Below, piece after piece: positions 49,958 to 60,837 of a DNA stretch of 64,000 nt (positions are counted from its first letter, which is position 1; each line of letters opens with the position of its first letter). A program made the position numbers and the translations under genes. Source of the DNA: an uncultured virus (IMG/VR IMGVR_UViG_3300027736_000023) (Duplodnaviria; Heunggongvirae; Uroviricota; Caudoviricetes); the IMG/VR virus record IMGVR_UViG_3300027736_000023, one strand, 5' to 3'. The notes below the pieces were generated by a model that saw only the letters and a list, made by a program, of their open reading frames with translations, had not been told where the DNA came from and made no database searches.

Positions 49958-52900
49958 ATGAATATTGATAATCTAGTATTTTTTGATAAAAATGGTGAAT
50001 CTTATAACTTCGGCCAAACCAGTTCTGGAAACTGGGAAGGCGCCGACTATTTTTTACCAATATCACTGGAACTATACGATTGCTCCAATATTTTTATTTT
50101 AGAAAATACCAATGGAGTGTATACCTTTCCTAAAATGGAATCAGGTTCAAGCTTTGAGGTAAAATGGAAAACTGCAAATAATAAAACTAATTTATTTTTA
50201 TTTAATGTATTAGTCCAAGGAACTGGTTCTGCTGCCTATAACTATCTTGATAAACAGGAGTACCTTACAATTAACCATAGTGATTTTGGACAGACTGGAA
50301 CCCTTGCTTTAACCTATCCATTACAGTTAAATATTGCATTTACTCCATCTGATGAAATTGCATATGCTAGAGTTTTACAAATTTATTATAAAACAACAAC
50401 TACCTCAACCCTAGTATTAGAGCTCACGTTTTATGGAGAAGGAGAGGGCGAAGATGAGAGACTTCGGATATGGTTAGCTAACTTTGGAATTAAATTTAAT
50501 AGACAAGATGCTCTACTATTAAAAGATTATGATTTAAAAGAAGGATTAGTTGATTATAAAGAGCTTAATGCAATTAGAAAATTAATACTTGTAAACCGCG
50601 ATCAAATCTATCCGTATATTGGAACCTATAAGGGTTTATTAAATATACTTAGCTTAATGGGTTATCGTGACGTATTAAGAGTAAAGGAGTATTGGAAAGA
50701 TATTGATACACGATCTCCTTATTATACTAAATTTGCAATGGTTGATATTACTGATTTATTAAATATCACCGAGGACGATACTCTTGATTTAGTTGATACC
50801 AATAATCAAATAAAAACTGGCAGTAAATTTGAAAAAACAGAATTTCTTGCTTTAGCCTATCAATTTTCAAAAGCTGGAGATACATATGACGACGATGGCT
50901 TACCTAATGTTATTACAACTACGGATTTTACAGTAAATGAAATATTTTTTAAATTATATGGGGTTGTTGTAAAATTAAAAGATGAAATTATACCAATCAA
51001 TGTTGTAATTAAAGATATTATAGGAGAATTTATCTATTTTGAAAAATTTAATATTCGATATTGGATAGACGAAACCACAATTGAATCATTTAGTCTTAGC
51101 GATGAATACCAAATTAATATAATTGAACCGCCTGACTATGTTTCAAGCTTTAACCATACAATTAGTGCAAATAATTTAATATCGTTTAATGGTGCGTTTG
51201 TACCTAGTAATAATACAGTAGATACAATTCAAAATGCAAATTCTAACTATTTAAAAATTAGAGACATTAAATCCCTGTATCGTAAGGCTAATGGAATTTC
51301 AATATTTCCAGAAACATCATTTAATTTAGGACTAACTGATCCGTACGATGAAAGCCAATATTATTCGGTTGATAAAAAGGATACCTTAATCCAAGCAATA
51401 TCAGACTACTATTCAACAATTAAATCATTTATTTTTGAATATCCAAATAGTGTAAGCCCATTAGATCAGGGCGATGATACTTCAGATAAAATAGGGTGCC
51501 CAATTGTATTAGAGGCATATGTTCCAGATTTAACACTACAACAGTTAGATGGAATACAATTTATTGATTTTATAACAGTAGCCGCAACCACTTCATCGAG
51601 TACAAATACAATCGGTACCGGCCTTAAATATTTTAGTTGTGCAACCATACAGCCGTTTGCAGTAGGCGACTATATTAAAGTATATCAATCAGCTAATTAT
51701 ACTAATTATATGATAGGCCGAATTACTGAAATAAACCCGCCTAGCATGTCGGGTAATACAATAATAATTGATGTATATTCTTATAATGGAGAAGGTACAC
51801 TCACCGGCTGGACCGTACAATTAATTGATAGACACTTTACAATCGGTAATCTTAAATATAAAAATGTTTATGAAATTGAATGGATTATAACAGGTCCTCA
51901 AAATTATAGATTTGAATGGAGAACCAGTACTATTGGTACTAATAAAATTCCTCACATATTACCACATACTGGAGAATATACAATTGAGGTTAGAGCTCAT
52001 GACATGTCAGGGGCAGTCTCTATTAAATTTAAAAAACTTACAGTTTCTCCAGACCAACCTCTTATCCAAGTTTTTACTAAAATACCTGATAAATTTAGAT
52101 ATGATTTTAAGAATTTACATAATATAACAATTGGAGACTTGGCAGATAGCCCATTATATTATCCATATGCAAATGTAATAAACGCCGGCCTATCTTCAAT
52201 TTCAAATCACTATTTAGATTGGAATACCTACTCTAATTATTATGGAGTAGGCTCAAACCATAATGATATTAAACTTTCAAATACAAAAAATTCATTAATT
52301 CCATATTCTCAATCAACTGACACAATTAAAAATAATTGGGGAACAGGTTCAGCTAATGGACAGGCCACTATTTCTAATTATTTAACTGTTAGCCTTGGAG
52401 ATCTATACCATGTTAACTTTAGTAATTTTGGATTGACTGCCGATCAATTAGATGGATTCTATATTACGCTAAGAGGCGAAGATTATCAATATAATTTAAA
52501 CTCAAATTTAGTAGCAATTAAATTTGGTGGATTTGATGAAATTAATTTAACTACACTCGCTAATCCAACAATTGAAGAGCTATTAAACTATTTACAAAAT
52601 ACTTCTGAAGCTGGCTTATCTAATTATTCATATAAAATAATTGAAACAATAGTAGGGCCTAGCGCACTTCCTCTTAGCCGAATAAAAGCAACCGCTAACT
52701 ATCAGGATCCGCAAAATCATTCAATTATTAAATTAATATCTATTGTAACTGGATTAGATTCAAGCCTAAATAAATGGACTCCAAGTTCTGCTAATTTAAC
52801 AATATCATCAACTGATCCATTAGTATACGGCCCATCTAGTTTACCCCAAACGGTATACGGCCCATCTAGTGTACCTGTACCGGCAATAACCGATGGAGAA

Positions 52901-53737
52901 TATACCTTAACCGACTTTGGCGGTTCTGAGACTCTATATGGCAATACCTATTTAGCAGTAGGGGACCGATTAAGAATTCAAAATGACAATGGCGACTATA
53001 TAGAAGGAACTATTACTCAAATGACAGTTGGCCAAACGGTTATTATAATTGATGAAGCTCACGGAGCAGGCATCCTATCTGATTTTAACCTATTTTTAAT
53101 TGATACAGTATACACATTTAATAAACCAGCCTCAGTATTTAACCAAACTGAACTTAATAAAATTCAACAGAATTTATCACAAGTAAAGTTACGAATTGAT
53201 GAAGACTTGCTATTTTTAGACTGCCCGTTTGCCGATTGTCTGCAGACCTTAAACCCATATACTCCAGCGGCTGCATCCAATATTAATTATTGGATTGATA
53301 AAGACTTTGTTAAATATGATAATTCAGAAACTAGCCCATCGTCTATTCCAGCAAGTCAAACAGGTTATTTACCATCAAACTATGATGAAAATTCATTTAA
53401 TTTAAGTAATATTAAATTAACATACGGTTCATTAATTGTTCCATTACATCATCCTATTTTTATTACTATTGCGAACTTAGTTTCAAATATTGAAACTGTA
53501 TGGACTTTAAACTTAAATGGCCAACTTATTGTAAAAGTTATTTCAACTTCATATTTTATATGGAGATTTACTAAACCTGGTACTTATACGCTTGATATTG
53601 ACTCAGTTGACACTAGAGGAAATCACTCAATTTCAACTTCTAGTATTATAGTATCAACCCTAGTTACCCCAAGTGAGTATAAAAACTATATTGAAAAACA
53701 ATTAAACATTAGAAAGTATAAAATAGAGCATAGTTAA
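49958..53737 (+). CDS. Large virion protein, probable baseplate wedge subunit
   Basis: IYPYIGTYKGLLNIL..MGY wedge-like motif, PKD/Ig-like segments (GEYTIEV, KPGTYTL) and a late promoter. Confidence 0.6.
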   Translation: MNIDNLVFFDKNGESYNFGQTSSGNWEGADYFLPISLELYDCSNIFILENTNGVYTFPKMESGSSFEVKWKTANNKTNLFLFNVLVQGTGSAAYNYLDKQEYLTINHSDFGQTGTLALTYPLQLNIAFTPSDEIAYARVLQIYYKTTTTSTLVLELTFYGEGEGEDERLRIWLANFGIKFNRQDALLLKDYDLKEGLVDYKELNAIRKLILVNRDQIYPYIGTYKGLLNILSLMGYRDVLRVKEYWKDIDTRSPYYTKFAMVDITDLLNITEDDTLDLVDTNNQIKTGSKFEKTEFLALAYQFSKAGDTYDDDGLPNVITTTDFTVNEIFFKLYGVVVKLKDEIIPINVVIKDIIGEFIYFEKFNIRYWIDETTIESFSLSDEYQINIIEPPDYVSSFNHTISANNLISFNGAFVPSNNTVDTIQNANSNYLKIRDIKSLYRKANGISIFPETSFNLGLTDPYDESQYYSVDKKDTLIQAISDYYSTIKSFIFEYPNSVSPLDQGDDTSDKIGCPIVLEAYVPDLTLQQLDGIQFIDFITVAATTSSSTNTIGTGLKYFSCATIQPFAVGDYIKVYQSANYTNYMIGRITEINPPSMSGNTIIIDVYSYNGEGTLTGWTVQLIDRHFTIGNLKYKNVYEIEWIITGPQNYRFEWRTSTIGTNKIPHILPHTGEYTIEVRAHDMSGAVSIKFKKLTVSPDQPLIQVFTKIPDKFRYDFKNLHNITIGDLADSPLYYPYANVINAGLSSISNHYLDWNTYSNYYGVGSNHNDIKLSNTKNSLIPYSQSTDTIKNNWGTGSANGQATISNYLTVSLGDLYHVNFSNFGLTADQLDGFYITLRGEDYQYNLNSNLVAIKFGGFDEINLTTLANPTIEELLNYLQNTSEAGLSNYSYKIIETIVGPSALPLSRIKATANYQDPQNHSIIKLISIVTGLDSSLNKWTPSSANLTISSTDPLVYGPSSLPQTVYGPSSVPVPAITDGEYTLTDFGGSETLYGNTYLAVGDRLRIQNDNGDYIEGTITQMTVGQTVIIIDEAHGAGILSDFNLFLIDTVYTFNKPASVFNQTELNKIQQNLSQVKLRIDEDLLFLDCPFADCLQTLNPYTPAAASNINYWIDKDFVKYDNSETSPSSIPASQTGYLPSNYDENSFNLSNIKLTYGSLIVPLHHPIFITIANLVSNIETVWTLNLNGQLIVKVISTSYFIWRFTKPGTYTLDIDSVDTRGNHSISTSSIIVSTLVTPSEYKNYIEKQLNIRKYKIEHS

Positions 53738-53746
53738 TATATGCTT

Positions 53747-53756
53747 AATAAATAAT
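53747..53756 (+). promoter_or_regulatory. Late promoter-like AATAAATAAT
   Basis: About 20 nt upstream of 53777. Confidence 0.55.
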
Positions 53757-53776
53757 AAAGAAAAAATAAATAAAAA

Positions 53777-54943
53777 ATGGCATTTACCGAAACAACCCTA
53801 AACACATCTTCATTATTGGAGACAACTTTTATCTCAGATATGAGATTAATAGTTAATGCAAATAATATAATTGTTAAATCCAAAGTAGAAGATATTATTA
53901 ATACTCTTCAAATTGATTTAGTAAATAAATATATTGGTGTTGATATTCCAATTCAACAATTATATACCAATGATGCAGTTATTTCAAATCAATTATTATT
54001 TAAAAGCGGTACTTCTGGTACTTCTGGTACAATTGCAAGTTTAACTCAGACGGCTGGAACCTCAGCATTCTTAGCGGATAATATAAACTTTACCAAAACC
54101 TTAACCTCATTAGCGGCTGGTTCTAAAGTATTAACACCATCAGTTGTTATTGGAACGACTGTAGGAAACGCAGCAGTTAGCTTTCCAACATCTGGCGGAT
54201 CTGGTATTGTAGATAGAGGTTTACACGTAGGCGATGCAACTACACCGATTAGTGCAAATTTTTATGGAGAAGTTAATATTAAAAAACAGGCAGCGGTTCA
54301 AAGTTATAATACTGACTTTGATACAGTAGGTACCGTTAGACTGCTCGAGTTAACATCAGCCATTACAACTCCAACTTCTAGTAGTGCACTATACGCAAAT
54401 TTAACACTTTCAAAAACAGATCCTCAGTTTATATATATTAATTTAAAAACTCCGGCTGCATTTACCCTAGCTGCAACCAATCCAATTTATTTACTATTAC
54501 ATGAAGATTTTACATCAACTACAAGTAGACCAGTTGCAGGTCAAACCTTTACTATTATTTTAAATAACTTACTTAATAATAGTAATGTTGAAATAAGCAC
54601 ATCAACTTGGCCTCAAGCCCAAGTTGCATCAGGTACCGCTGCAGCTATTAATATTATATCAGGTTTTACACAAACTGCCAGCGCAGGAGCTTCAGCCTTA
54701 AAATCTGGTTATATAAATGGTGCACTATGGCCATCTCTTCCAACCACAGTGACCGGTGCAATTACTGCACTAACTGCTACATCACCATATCTACAATACG
54801 TTCGGCTTTATAATAGGAATGTTCAAGCCGCGGCTATACCTAAACCTAGAGCAACAAGTGTAAGTTTTACAAAAACTGAACACTCAACTAATTTTTCATA
54901 TTACACAGTTACAAATAGTAATAATATTGCTATTATAAACTAA
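53777..54943 (+). CDS. Putative virion structural protein (Thr/Ser/Ala-rich)
   Basis: 388 aa, beta-strand-type composition, in a late cluster. Confidence 0.6.
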   Translation: MAFTETTLNTSSLLETTFISDMRLIVNANNIIVKSKVEDIINTLQIDLVNKYIGVDIPIQQLYTNDAVISNQLLFKSGTSGTSGTIASLTQTAGTSAFLADNINFTKTLTSLAAGSKVLTPSVVIGTTVGNAAVSFPTSGGSGIVDRGLHVGDATTPISANFYGEVNIKKQAAVQSYNTDFDTVGTVRLLELTSAITTPTSSSALYANLTLSKTDPQFIYINLKTPAAFTLAATNPIYLLLHEDFTSTTSRPVAGQTFTIILNNLLNNSNVEISTSTWPQAQVASGTAAAINIISGFTQTASAGASALKSGYINGALWPSLPTTVTGAITALTATSPYLQYVRLYNRNVQAAAIPKPRATSVSFTKTEHSTNFSYYTVTNSNNIAIIN

Positions 54944-54963
54944 TAAAACTAATCTAACTATAA

Positions 54964-57180
54964 ATGGCAGTTGCTCCACTAATAAAACCAATTCAGACAC
55001 AAAAAGGAATGTTTTATACATTTCAAAGTTCGCTTGAGGATTTAACCTTAACTTTTAATAATACTAATAAGTTTAAATTTTCTAAATTTGCACTTTTACG
55101 TATTCCTGAAATTGGAATACCTACCACATTGGCTACTGATAATAATGTTCAGTTTTTAGCTCTTGGCGAGTCTCCATTATTAGAAGGATTAAGTGCAAAT
55201 CAAAATATAAATTTAGCCCTTAGTTTTCAAAATTATGCTCTTAACTTTGAGAGTTTATTAATTTCACAAGCTGCATATAAAAGAGAAGAGAAGTTAAACG
55301 TATCGGAAAGAGTTTTTTTTAAATGGTTAAAGGAGTTAGGCGCAATTAGATGGAGAGACGCTGCTGTTGGCGAAGCAATTTCAGGGTTGCGTTCAGGGTT
55401 GTCAGCTAGCGAAGCCCGGTGGGCTGAGGATTGGGGAGATGCTGGTAGCACAACCTATAACCGAGTAGTTAAATATATTGCAGATATTGATGTAATTAAT
55501 TCAGTTCGTAATAAAGATAATTCATATAGTGAAATTTATATTCATGTACCAACAACAGTAGGTACTACTCCAACTATTTTATTTAATTCAATCGCGGATC
55601 ATAACTATCATCCGGATATGCTTATTATGAATTCTCCCGGTGATCCATTAGATGTAGAATATTTAAATGGCCGACACTATAACGATACTCATCCATATTC
55701 TGGAATGCATTTACGCGCATATTATGATCTAGATTCAGATTTAGTTAATCATGGAATATCTGACGTAGTTAATACCAATATTGCGTGGAATACCGAAATT
55801 CCTGACTGGTTAGATTCTGCTAATAATTATATTTTAAATACTAACCCTACTGGAATAGGTTATTGGTGGGGATCAAACCAATTATTAAATGGTTATCATA
55901 CAGATAAGGCTGCATATTATGGTGCCAAAATAGGAAAAGGAACATACAATGGGGTATCCGCATCATCACAATTTAAAACTCAAAAAATTTATAAGGAATA
56001 TCCCTCTACTAACCTAGATGTTGAATATTTAAGATCAACCCTAGATGGAGTAGTTATTGATTTTAAATTATCAAATTATCAAGTAGCCGCGGCTAATCCA
56101 GATATTAAAAGTTTTGCTCAATTAGCAGACTCAGTTTCAAATGCAGATTTTGAATTTAATGCAATTCTTGTTTATTATGATGTATACGATCCTATTGATC
56201 CATCAATTAGTGAAACTAACTTATATGGTGTCTATTTTTTAAACAAGATAGAACAAACTGGTATTAATTTTATTATTCCAACAATAACTAAAGAAAAGCC
56301 AAATGTAATTAACCGAACTAACGGTAATGCTTTTGCCTATAAAATAAATCTTAAATTTGATACATCAATTGAAGATGTTGCAGTTGAAAGATCGATAAAT
56401 GACTTTACCACATTTGGATTAGATATGTTTCTTGATGTATTAACTGAATTTAGTAAATTAAAAACTAAATTTAATGATAAATTAGTAGAACTTTCTAATT
56501 TAAAAATTGATTTAGAAGCAGCTACTGCTGCTATATTAAATACAAATGGATTAACTGAATTAAGCACTAGACTAAGCAGATTAGAACAAACAGTGTCTGC
56601 CTCAACCTCTGCTTTTGAAAACTCATCATCAATTACTAATTTAATTACAAGTCTAAATCTTAGATTAAATAATTTTATTACTGGCAAAAGCTCTTTATCT
56701 ACCAGTTATGATCTAGAACCATTTAAACCAGGTCAAGGTATTGAATTGGATAAAACAGTTCCACAGCGATTAACAATTTCGTCAACTGTACAAGCCTATT
56801 CAAAAATAGTTGACATTAATTTAGCATCAAGCACTTCAAATATATTTACTGAATCATTAGGTACCTCAAATACCTATATAAAACATAGTAGTGGATTAGT
56901 ATTTAGCCTATCTTCAGATTTTGAGATTAGAATAAATAATTCACTAAATTTTTGGAAAAATGGTCAAGTTTTAAAAATTGTATTTGATTCTCAAATAATA
57001 CCAACTAACTATAATATTAAAATAAAAACAGATGTTAAGAGTAATTACGGTGTAACCATTGCTACATTAACCGCATCTGATTTTCCAATATCATATGGTA
57101 GAACTGGAAGACCTATTGTTGAGATTACGTGTATTAATTCACAAAACTTAACATTTCAAGTTGATAAAATAATAAGATAA
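54964..57180 (+). CDS. Putative virion structural protein with coiled-coil segment
   Basis: 738 aa; heptad stretch at about residues 490-570; in a late cluster. Confidence 0.6.
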   Translation: MAVAPLIKPIQTQKGMFYTFQSSLEDLTLTFNNTNKFKFSKFALLRIPEIGIPTTLATDNNVQFLALGESPLLEGLSANQNINLALSFQNYALNFESLLISQAAYKREEKLNVSERVFFKWLKELGAIRWRDAAVGEAISGLRSGLSASEARWAEDWGDAGSTTYNRVVKYIADIDVINSVRNKDNSYSEIYIHVPTTVGTTPTILFNSIADHNYHPDMLIMNSPGDPLDVEYLNGRHYNDTHPYSGMHLRAYYDLDSDLVNHGISDVVNTNIAWNTEIPDWLDSANNYILNTNPTGIGYWWGSNQLLNGYHTDKAAYYGAKIGKGTYNGVSASSQFKTQKIYKEYPSTNLDVEYLRSTLDGVVIDFKLSNYQVAAANPDIKSFAQLADSVSNADFEFNAILVYYDVYDPIDPSISETNLYGVYFLNKIEQTGINFIIPTITKEKPNVINRTNGNAFAYKINLKFDTSIEDVAVERSINDFTTFGLDMFLDVLTEFSKLKTKFNDKLVELSNLKIDLEAATAAILNTNGLTELSTRLSRLEQTVSASTSAFENSSSITNLITSLNLRLNNFITGKSSLSTSYDLEPFKPGQGIELDKTVPQRLTISSTVQAYSKIVDINLASSTSNIFTESLGTSNTYIKHSSGLVFSLSSDFEIRINNSLNFWKNGQVLKIVFDSQIIPTNYNIKIKTDVKSNYGVTIATLTASDFPISYGRTGRPIVEITCINSQNLTFQVDKIIR

Positions 57181-57185
57181 TTTAA

Positions 57186-60100
57186 ATGGCTGATAACACA
57201 ACCCTATCCGACTTTTTAGCTGAACTCGGAGTTGATATTAATAATATGCAAGAGTTTTTAATTAAACTCAATGAAATGTTAACAACACCGAATCCTACTG
57301 TAACATTTACTCAAACATTAGCAAACGGAACAACCAGTGCACCTATTCAGGTTGCATCCCATGCAGGCTTAATAAGAAAAGTAAATGATATTGATAGTAA
57401 ATTTAATTCTCTACTAGGTGCAAATGGTAATAGAATCACAGTTACCTCTAATGGAGTAACTAAAAGTTTTGAACTACAAGACATAGCCTCTGTTATAAAA
57501 GATTTAAATGCAGTTTCATCAAAGTCTCTTGTAAAGCCAGAATATTTTAATGTAAAAACAAATTGGTTTTTTGAATCATTTTTAAGTCCATTAATTTATA
57601 TTGACTTAGATGTTAGTAATATTATAACATCTGATGTTGATAAATTTGAAATAACTCGAGTTATTATACTAAATACATTAGATAATTTTGCTTATTTTGA
57701 TACTGTATATAAAGGTCAAACTAATATACTATATACTACTGCACTTGCTGATTTAACAGCCAATTCAATTGGATACACAATTGATGTAAACGAACAAAGT
57801 CTACCGCCAGCTCGTAGTAGAAACTCTGGGAATTTTCAAATTATTGGAATAAACACAGCTCGTGTTTCTACAACTGACATCATTGCATCTTCTATTATTA
57901 CAACAAATAGTTATACATTAGATACTATTCGATATTCTAAATATATAGATGGCTTAGATAACCCTATGCAAGAAACCTTAGCTATTAATGATATATTAAT
58001 AACTAGCGATAATTCGGAATATAAAATTAACTCAATAAATCCTACCACAAATTCAGTAATATTAACTAAAATATATGGCAATCAGGCAATTACAACTGAA
58101 GGTGTTGGCTCAACTCTTTCAATAAAACCTGATCTTTTAATTAGTAATAACCTTCAAGTAAATGTTGGATTTAATGAACGTCAAATAATTTTCTTTAGAC
58201 CAATTAGTACAAGATTAAAACAAACAACTTCACAATATTCTCAAGGAATTGGCCTATACACAAATGAATTAACAATAGCCCAAGCCACTGGACCCAATAT
58301 TACCTTATCTAAATATTACCAAAGCTTTATATCAGATTTTAGTTTATTATTTACTGAATATTCAAAAGAAAAGAAAATACCAGCATCAATTGGAGTTACA
58401 CCAATTGCACCAACACTAGTTAATACTAACTTTGTGGTGGTTCAAGATAATGATCATATTAAACAGGATGATGACGTTAATAGTGTAAAAGCAAGTATTT
58501 CATCACTAGAGACAGTTAAAACACAAATTAGAGAAAAGGATTCTCAAATTAATAGCTTACGAAATGAAATAAATACAAATTCTCAATTAACGGCTGCGGC
58601 TAAAGCCCAAAAAACTTTAGAATTAACAACACTAACTGCGCAAAGAGCTACGTTAAGTACTCAATATTCAAGTACAATTTCAACAATTACTACTGCAATT
58701 TCAACCGTACCGACTCTAATTAAACCTCCAGCTTATTCAGTTAAAGGAATGTGGTCAATTCCAGCAGCCACCGAATCGCCTGATGGATATGGTTTTCAAG
58801 AAATTGTTCAATTTAAAGTTAGATATAAAATATTGAATCGGTCAGGTCAATCTGCTGCTACTACTCCAACCCGTGTGGCCAGTACAACTGGATCAAATGC
58901 AATTGGAGTAATTTCTGCATATAAAGAATTTCTAACTAAAGCTAGGTCTAAAGAGTATAATCCAGTTACTGGTTTTTATCAATGGGCCGTTGAAGATATC
59001 GTAAATCCAGATATTGTAAATAGTAATCAATTAGAAATACCAATAGGCAAAGGCGAAATAATTGAAATACAGATAAAAAGTTTATCTGAAGCAGGTTGGC
59101 CGGATTCTCCAATTGAATCAGCCTGGTCTAATATTATTCAAATTTCATTTCCAGAAAATCTTACAGTTATTGAAGATGCCAGCGTAGTTTCGCAAAGAAT
59201 ATTTGCAGAGGAAGCTAAAATTAATTTTAAAACGGAATTAGGCGCGCAAGGATTAGACCTACACTTAGGTACTGCATTTAGTAGTGCAGATAAGTATTAT
59301 GCGCATAGAGCAGAAGACATTGCTAGCGGGTTCTTTTCAACAGGCGGAGGAATTATAAATCTTTTTTCAAAATTACAAACAATATCCAATACACTTGAGT
59401 CTATTCAAGCAACGTTAGCTAGCGGAACTGGCACATTGAAGGTAAGTATAATAGACGGAGCCAATAATCAAATTACTGTAACTAATGGTCAAACTATTGA
59501 ACTTAATGCAGGTAATTATAAAGATCAAATTCAAAATGGTGGTATCTATGAACACGGCAAAGTAATCACAAGACAGTATACCATTCAATTAGAAAATACT
59601 TCACAAACCGCACTTCAATTGATATCAGCATTGACTGGCGCACTTGGTCAAATTGCAACACTATCAAACCCAATAAATTCACCATCTGAACCATACCATA
59701 CCTCATTAAGATATGATCTTGCTCCTCTTGTAATTAATTCAGCGGTAATTGGAACAATTGGAGGTTTTACAAACACCAATGGCTATCAGTCTTCTCAAGT
59801 AAAAGGCCAAATAATTTATAATAGAGCACAATCAGTAGATCTAAGTAATAATTTAATAGAAGGTGATAGACTTGCAATAACTGCCCAAGATCCAAATAAT
59901 ATTTCGTATAATACTACTGATACTGGGTACATTAACTATGACTATCGAGGAAACACAATAAATGGAACAACTGTTCCATATGCACTAGGCCACTATCTTC
60001 CATTTGATCCAACCTTATCTAGCTTCACTATTCAAAAAAATACCACAAGCTATCAATTATCAACAAATTCAAATGTTTGGAATGGAACACTAGACGTGAG

Positions 60101-60821
60101 TGGAGCGCCAGTCGGTGGAGGACTATTATCGGAATTTTGTATATCAACCGATCACCCAGACATTAAATTAAATGGAGCATTCAATAACAATTGGAACCAA
60201 ATTTATAGACCTACTAGCCTGTCAACTGTAACAAGTCAAAAAACTTTACCGTTTAGCCATGCAGTTCATTTTGAAACAAGCGAAAATGAAATATTGAATG
60301 CATTAGGCGCAAGATATTTTCAACAATCTGCATATAGATTACCAGTAGCACCTTCTATTTCTGGACAAACTCGAACGTTTAAAGAAATTAACTGCCCTAT
60401 AAAAACTTCATTTATTGATAATGACAAATATTTAATAGGCAAATATACCTGCGGTGCATATCTATTCATTTCACCAGGTTCATATCAAGCAATTGGATCA
60501 AATGCAGTTAGCCCAACTATAACAAAGAGGACTGTTGAATTTGGCTCAGCTAATTCTATTCAAATACCATTAAAATTTCAATATCGAGTTTCTGACTATT
60601 TAGCAAATGTTGGTGGAAATAGACCAGAAATAAGCTTAACAAATATTAAATATTCTAAAAAGTTAGGATTAGATATTTATTTAAAAGATGAAACCTTTTC
60701 TTTTGACATTTTAGCAACAGTAAAGTATCAAAGTGAAACTGCATCAGTTACTCCACTTTCTCAAATTGCACAATCTGGCGCAATTAGTCAAAGTGATTTA
60801 GTCGCAGTAGTTGGAGGATAA
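57186..60821 (+). CDS. Large putative virion structural protein
   Basis: 1211 aa; coiled coil (VKASISSLETVKTQIREKDSQINSLRNEI) and FN3-like EIQIKSLSEAGWP...SAWS. Confidence 0.6.
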   Translation: MADNTTLSDFLAELGVDINNMQEFLIKLNEMLTTPNPTVTFTQTLANGTTSAPIQVASHAGLIRKVNDIDSKFNSLLGANGNRITVTSNGVTKSFELQDIASVIKDLNAVSSKSLVKPEYFNVKTNWFFESFLSPLIYIDLDVSNIITSDVDKFEITRVIILNTLDNFAYFDTVYKGQTNILYTTALADLTANSIGYTIDVNEQSLPPARSRNSGNFQIIGINTARVSTTDIIASSIITTNSYTLDTIRYSKYIDGLDNPMQETLAINDILITSDNSEYKINSINPTTNSVILTKIYGNQAITTEGVGSTLSIKPDLLISNNLQVNVGFNERQIIFFRPISTRLKQTTSQYSQGIGLYTNELTIAQATGPNITLSKYYQSFISDFSLLFTEYSKEKKIPASIGVTPIAPTLVNTNFVVVQDNDHIKQDDDVNSVKASISSLETVKTQIREKDSQINSLRNEINTNSQLTAAAKAQKTLELTTLTAQRATLSTQYSSTISTITTAISTVPTLIKPPAYSVKGMWSIPAATESPDGYGFQEIVQFKVRYKILNRSGQSAATTPTRVASTTGSNAIGVISAYKEFLTKARSKEYNPVTGFYQWAVEDIVNPDIVNSNQLEIPIGKGEIIEIQIKSLSEAGWPDSPIESAWSNIIQISFPENLTVIEDASVVSQRIFAEEAKINFKTELGAQGLDLHLGTAFSSADKYYAHRAEDIASGFFSTGGGIINLFSKLQTISNTLESIQATLASGTGTLKVSIIDGANNQITVTNGQTIELNAGNYKDQIQNGGIYEHGKVITRQYTIQLENTSQTALQLISALTGALGQIATLSNPINSPSEPYHTSLRYDLAPLVINSAVIGTIGGFTNTNGYQSSQVKGQIIYNRAQSVDLSNNLIEGDRLAITAQDPNNISYNTTDTGYINYDYRGNTINGTTVPYALGHYLPFDPTLSSFTIQKNTTSYQLSTNSNVWNGTLDVSGAPVGGGLLSEFCISTDHPDIKLNGAFNNNWNQIYRPTSLSTVTSQKTLPFSHAVHFETSENEILNALGARYFQQSAYRLPVAPSISGQTRTFKEINCPIKTSFIDNDKYLIGKYTCGAYLFISPGSYQAIGSNAVSPTITKRTVEFGSANSIQIPLKFQYRVSDYLANVGGNRPEISLTNIKYSKKLGLDIYLKDETFSFDILATVKYQSETASVTPLSQIAQSGAISQSDLVAVVGG

Positions 60822-60837
60822 AATAATTAATTAAAGA

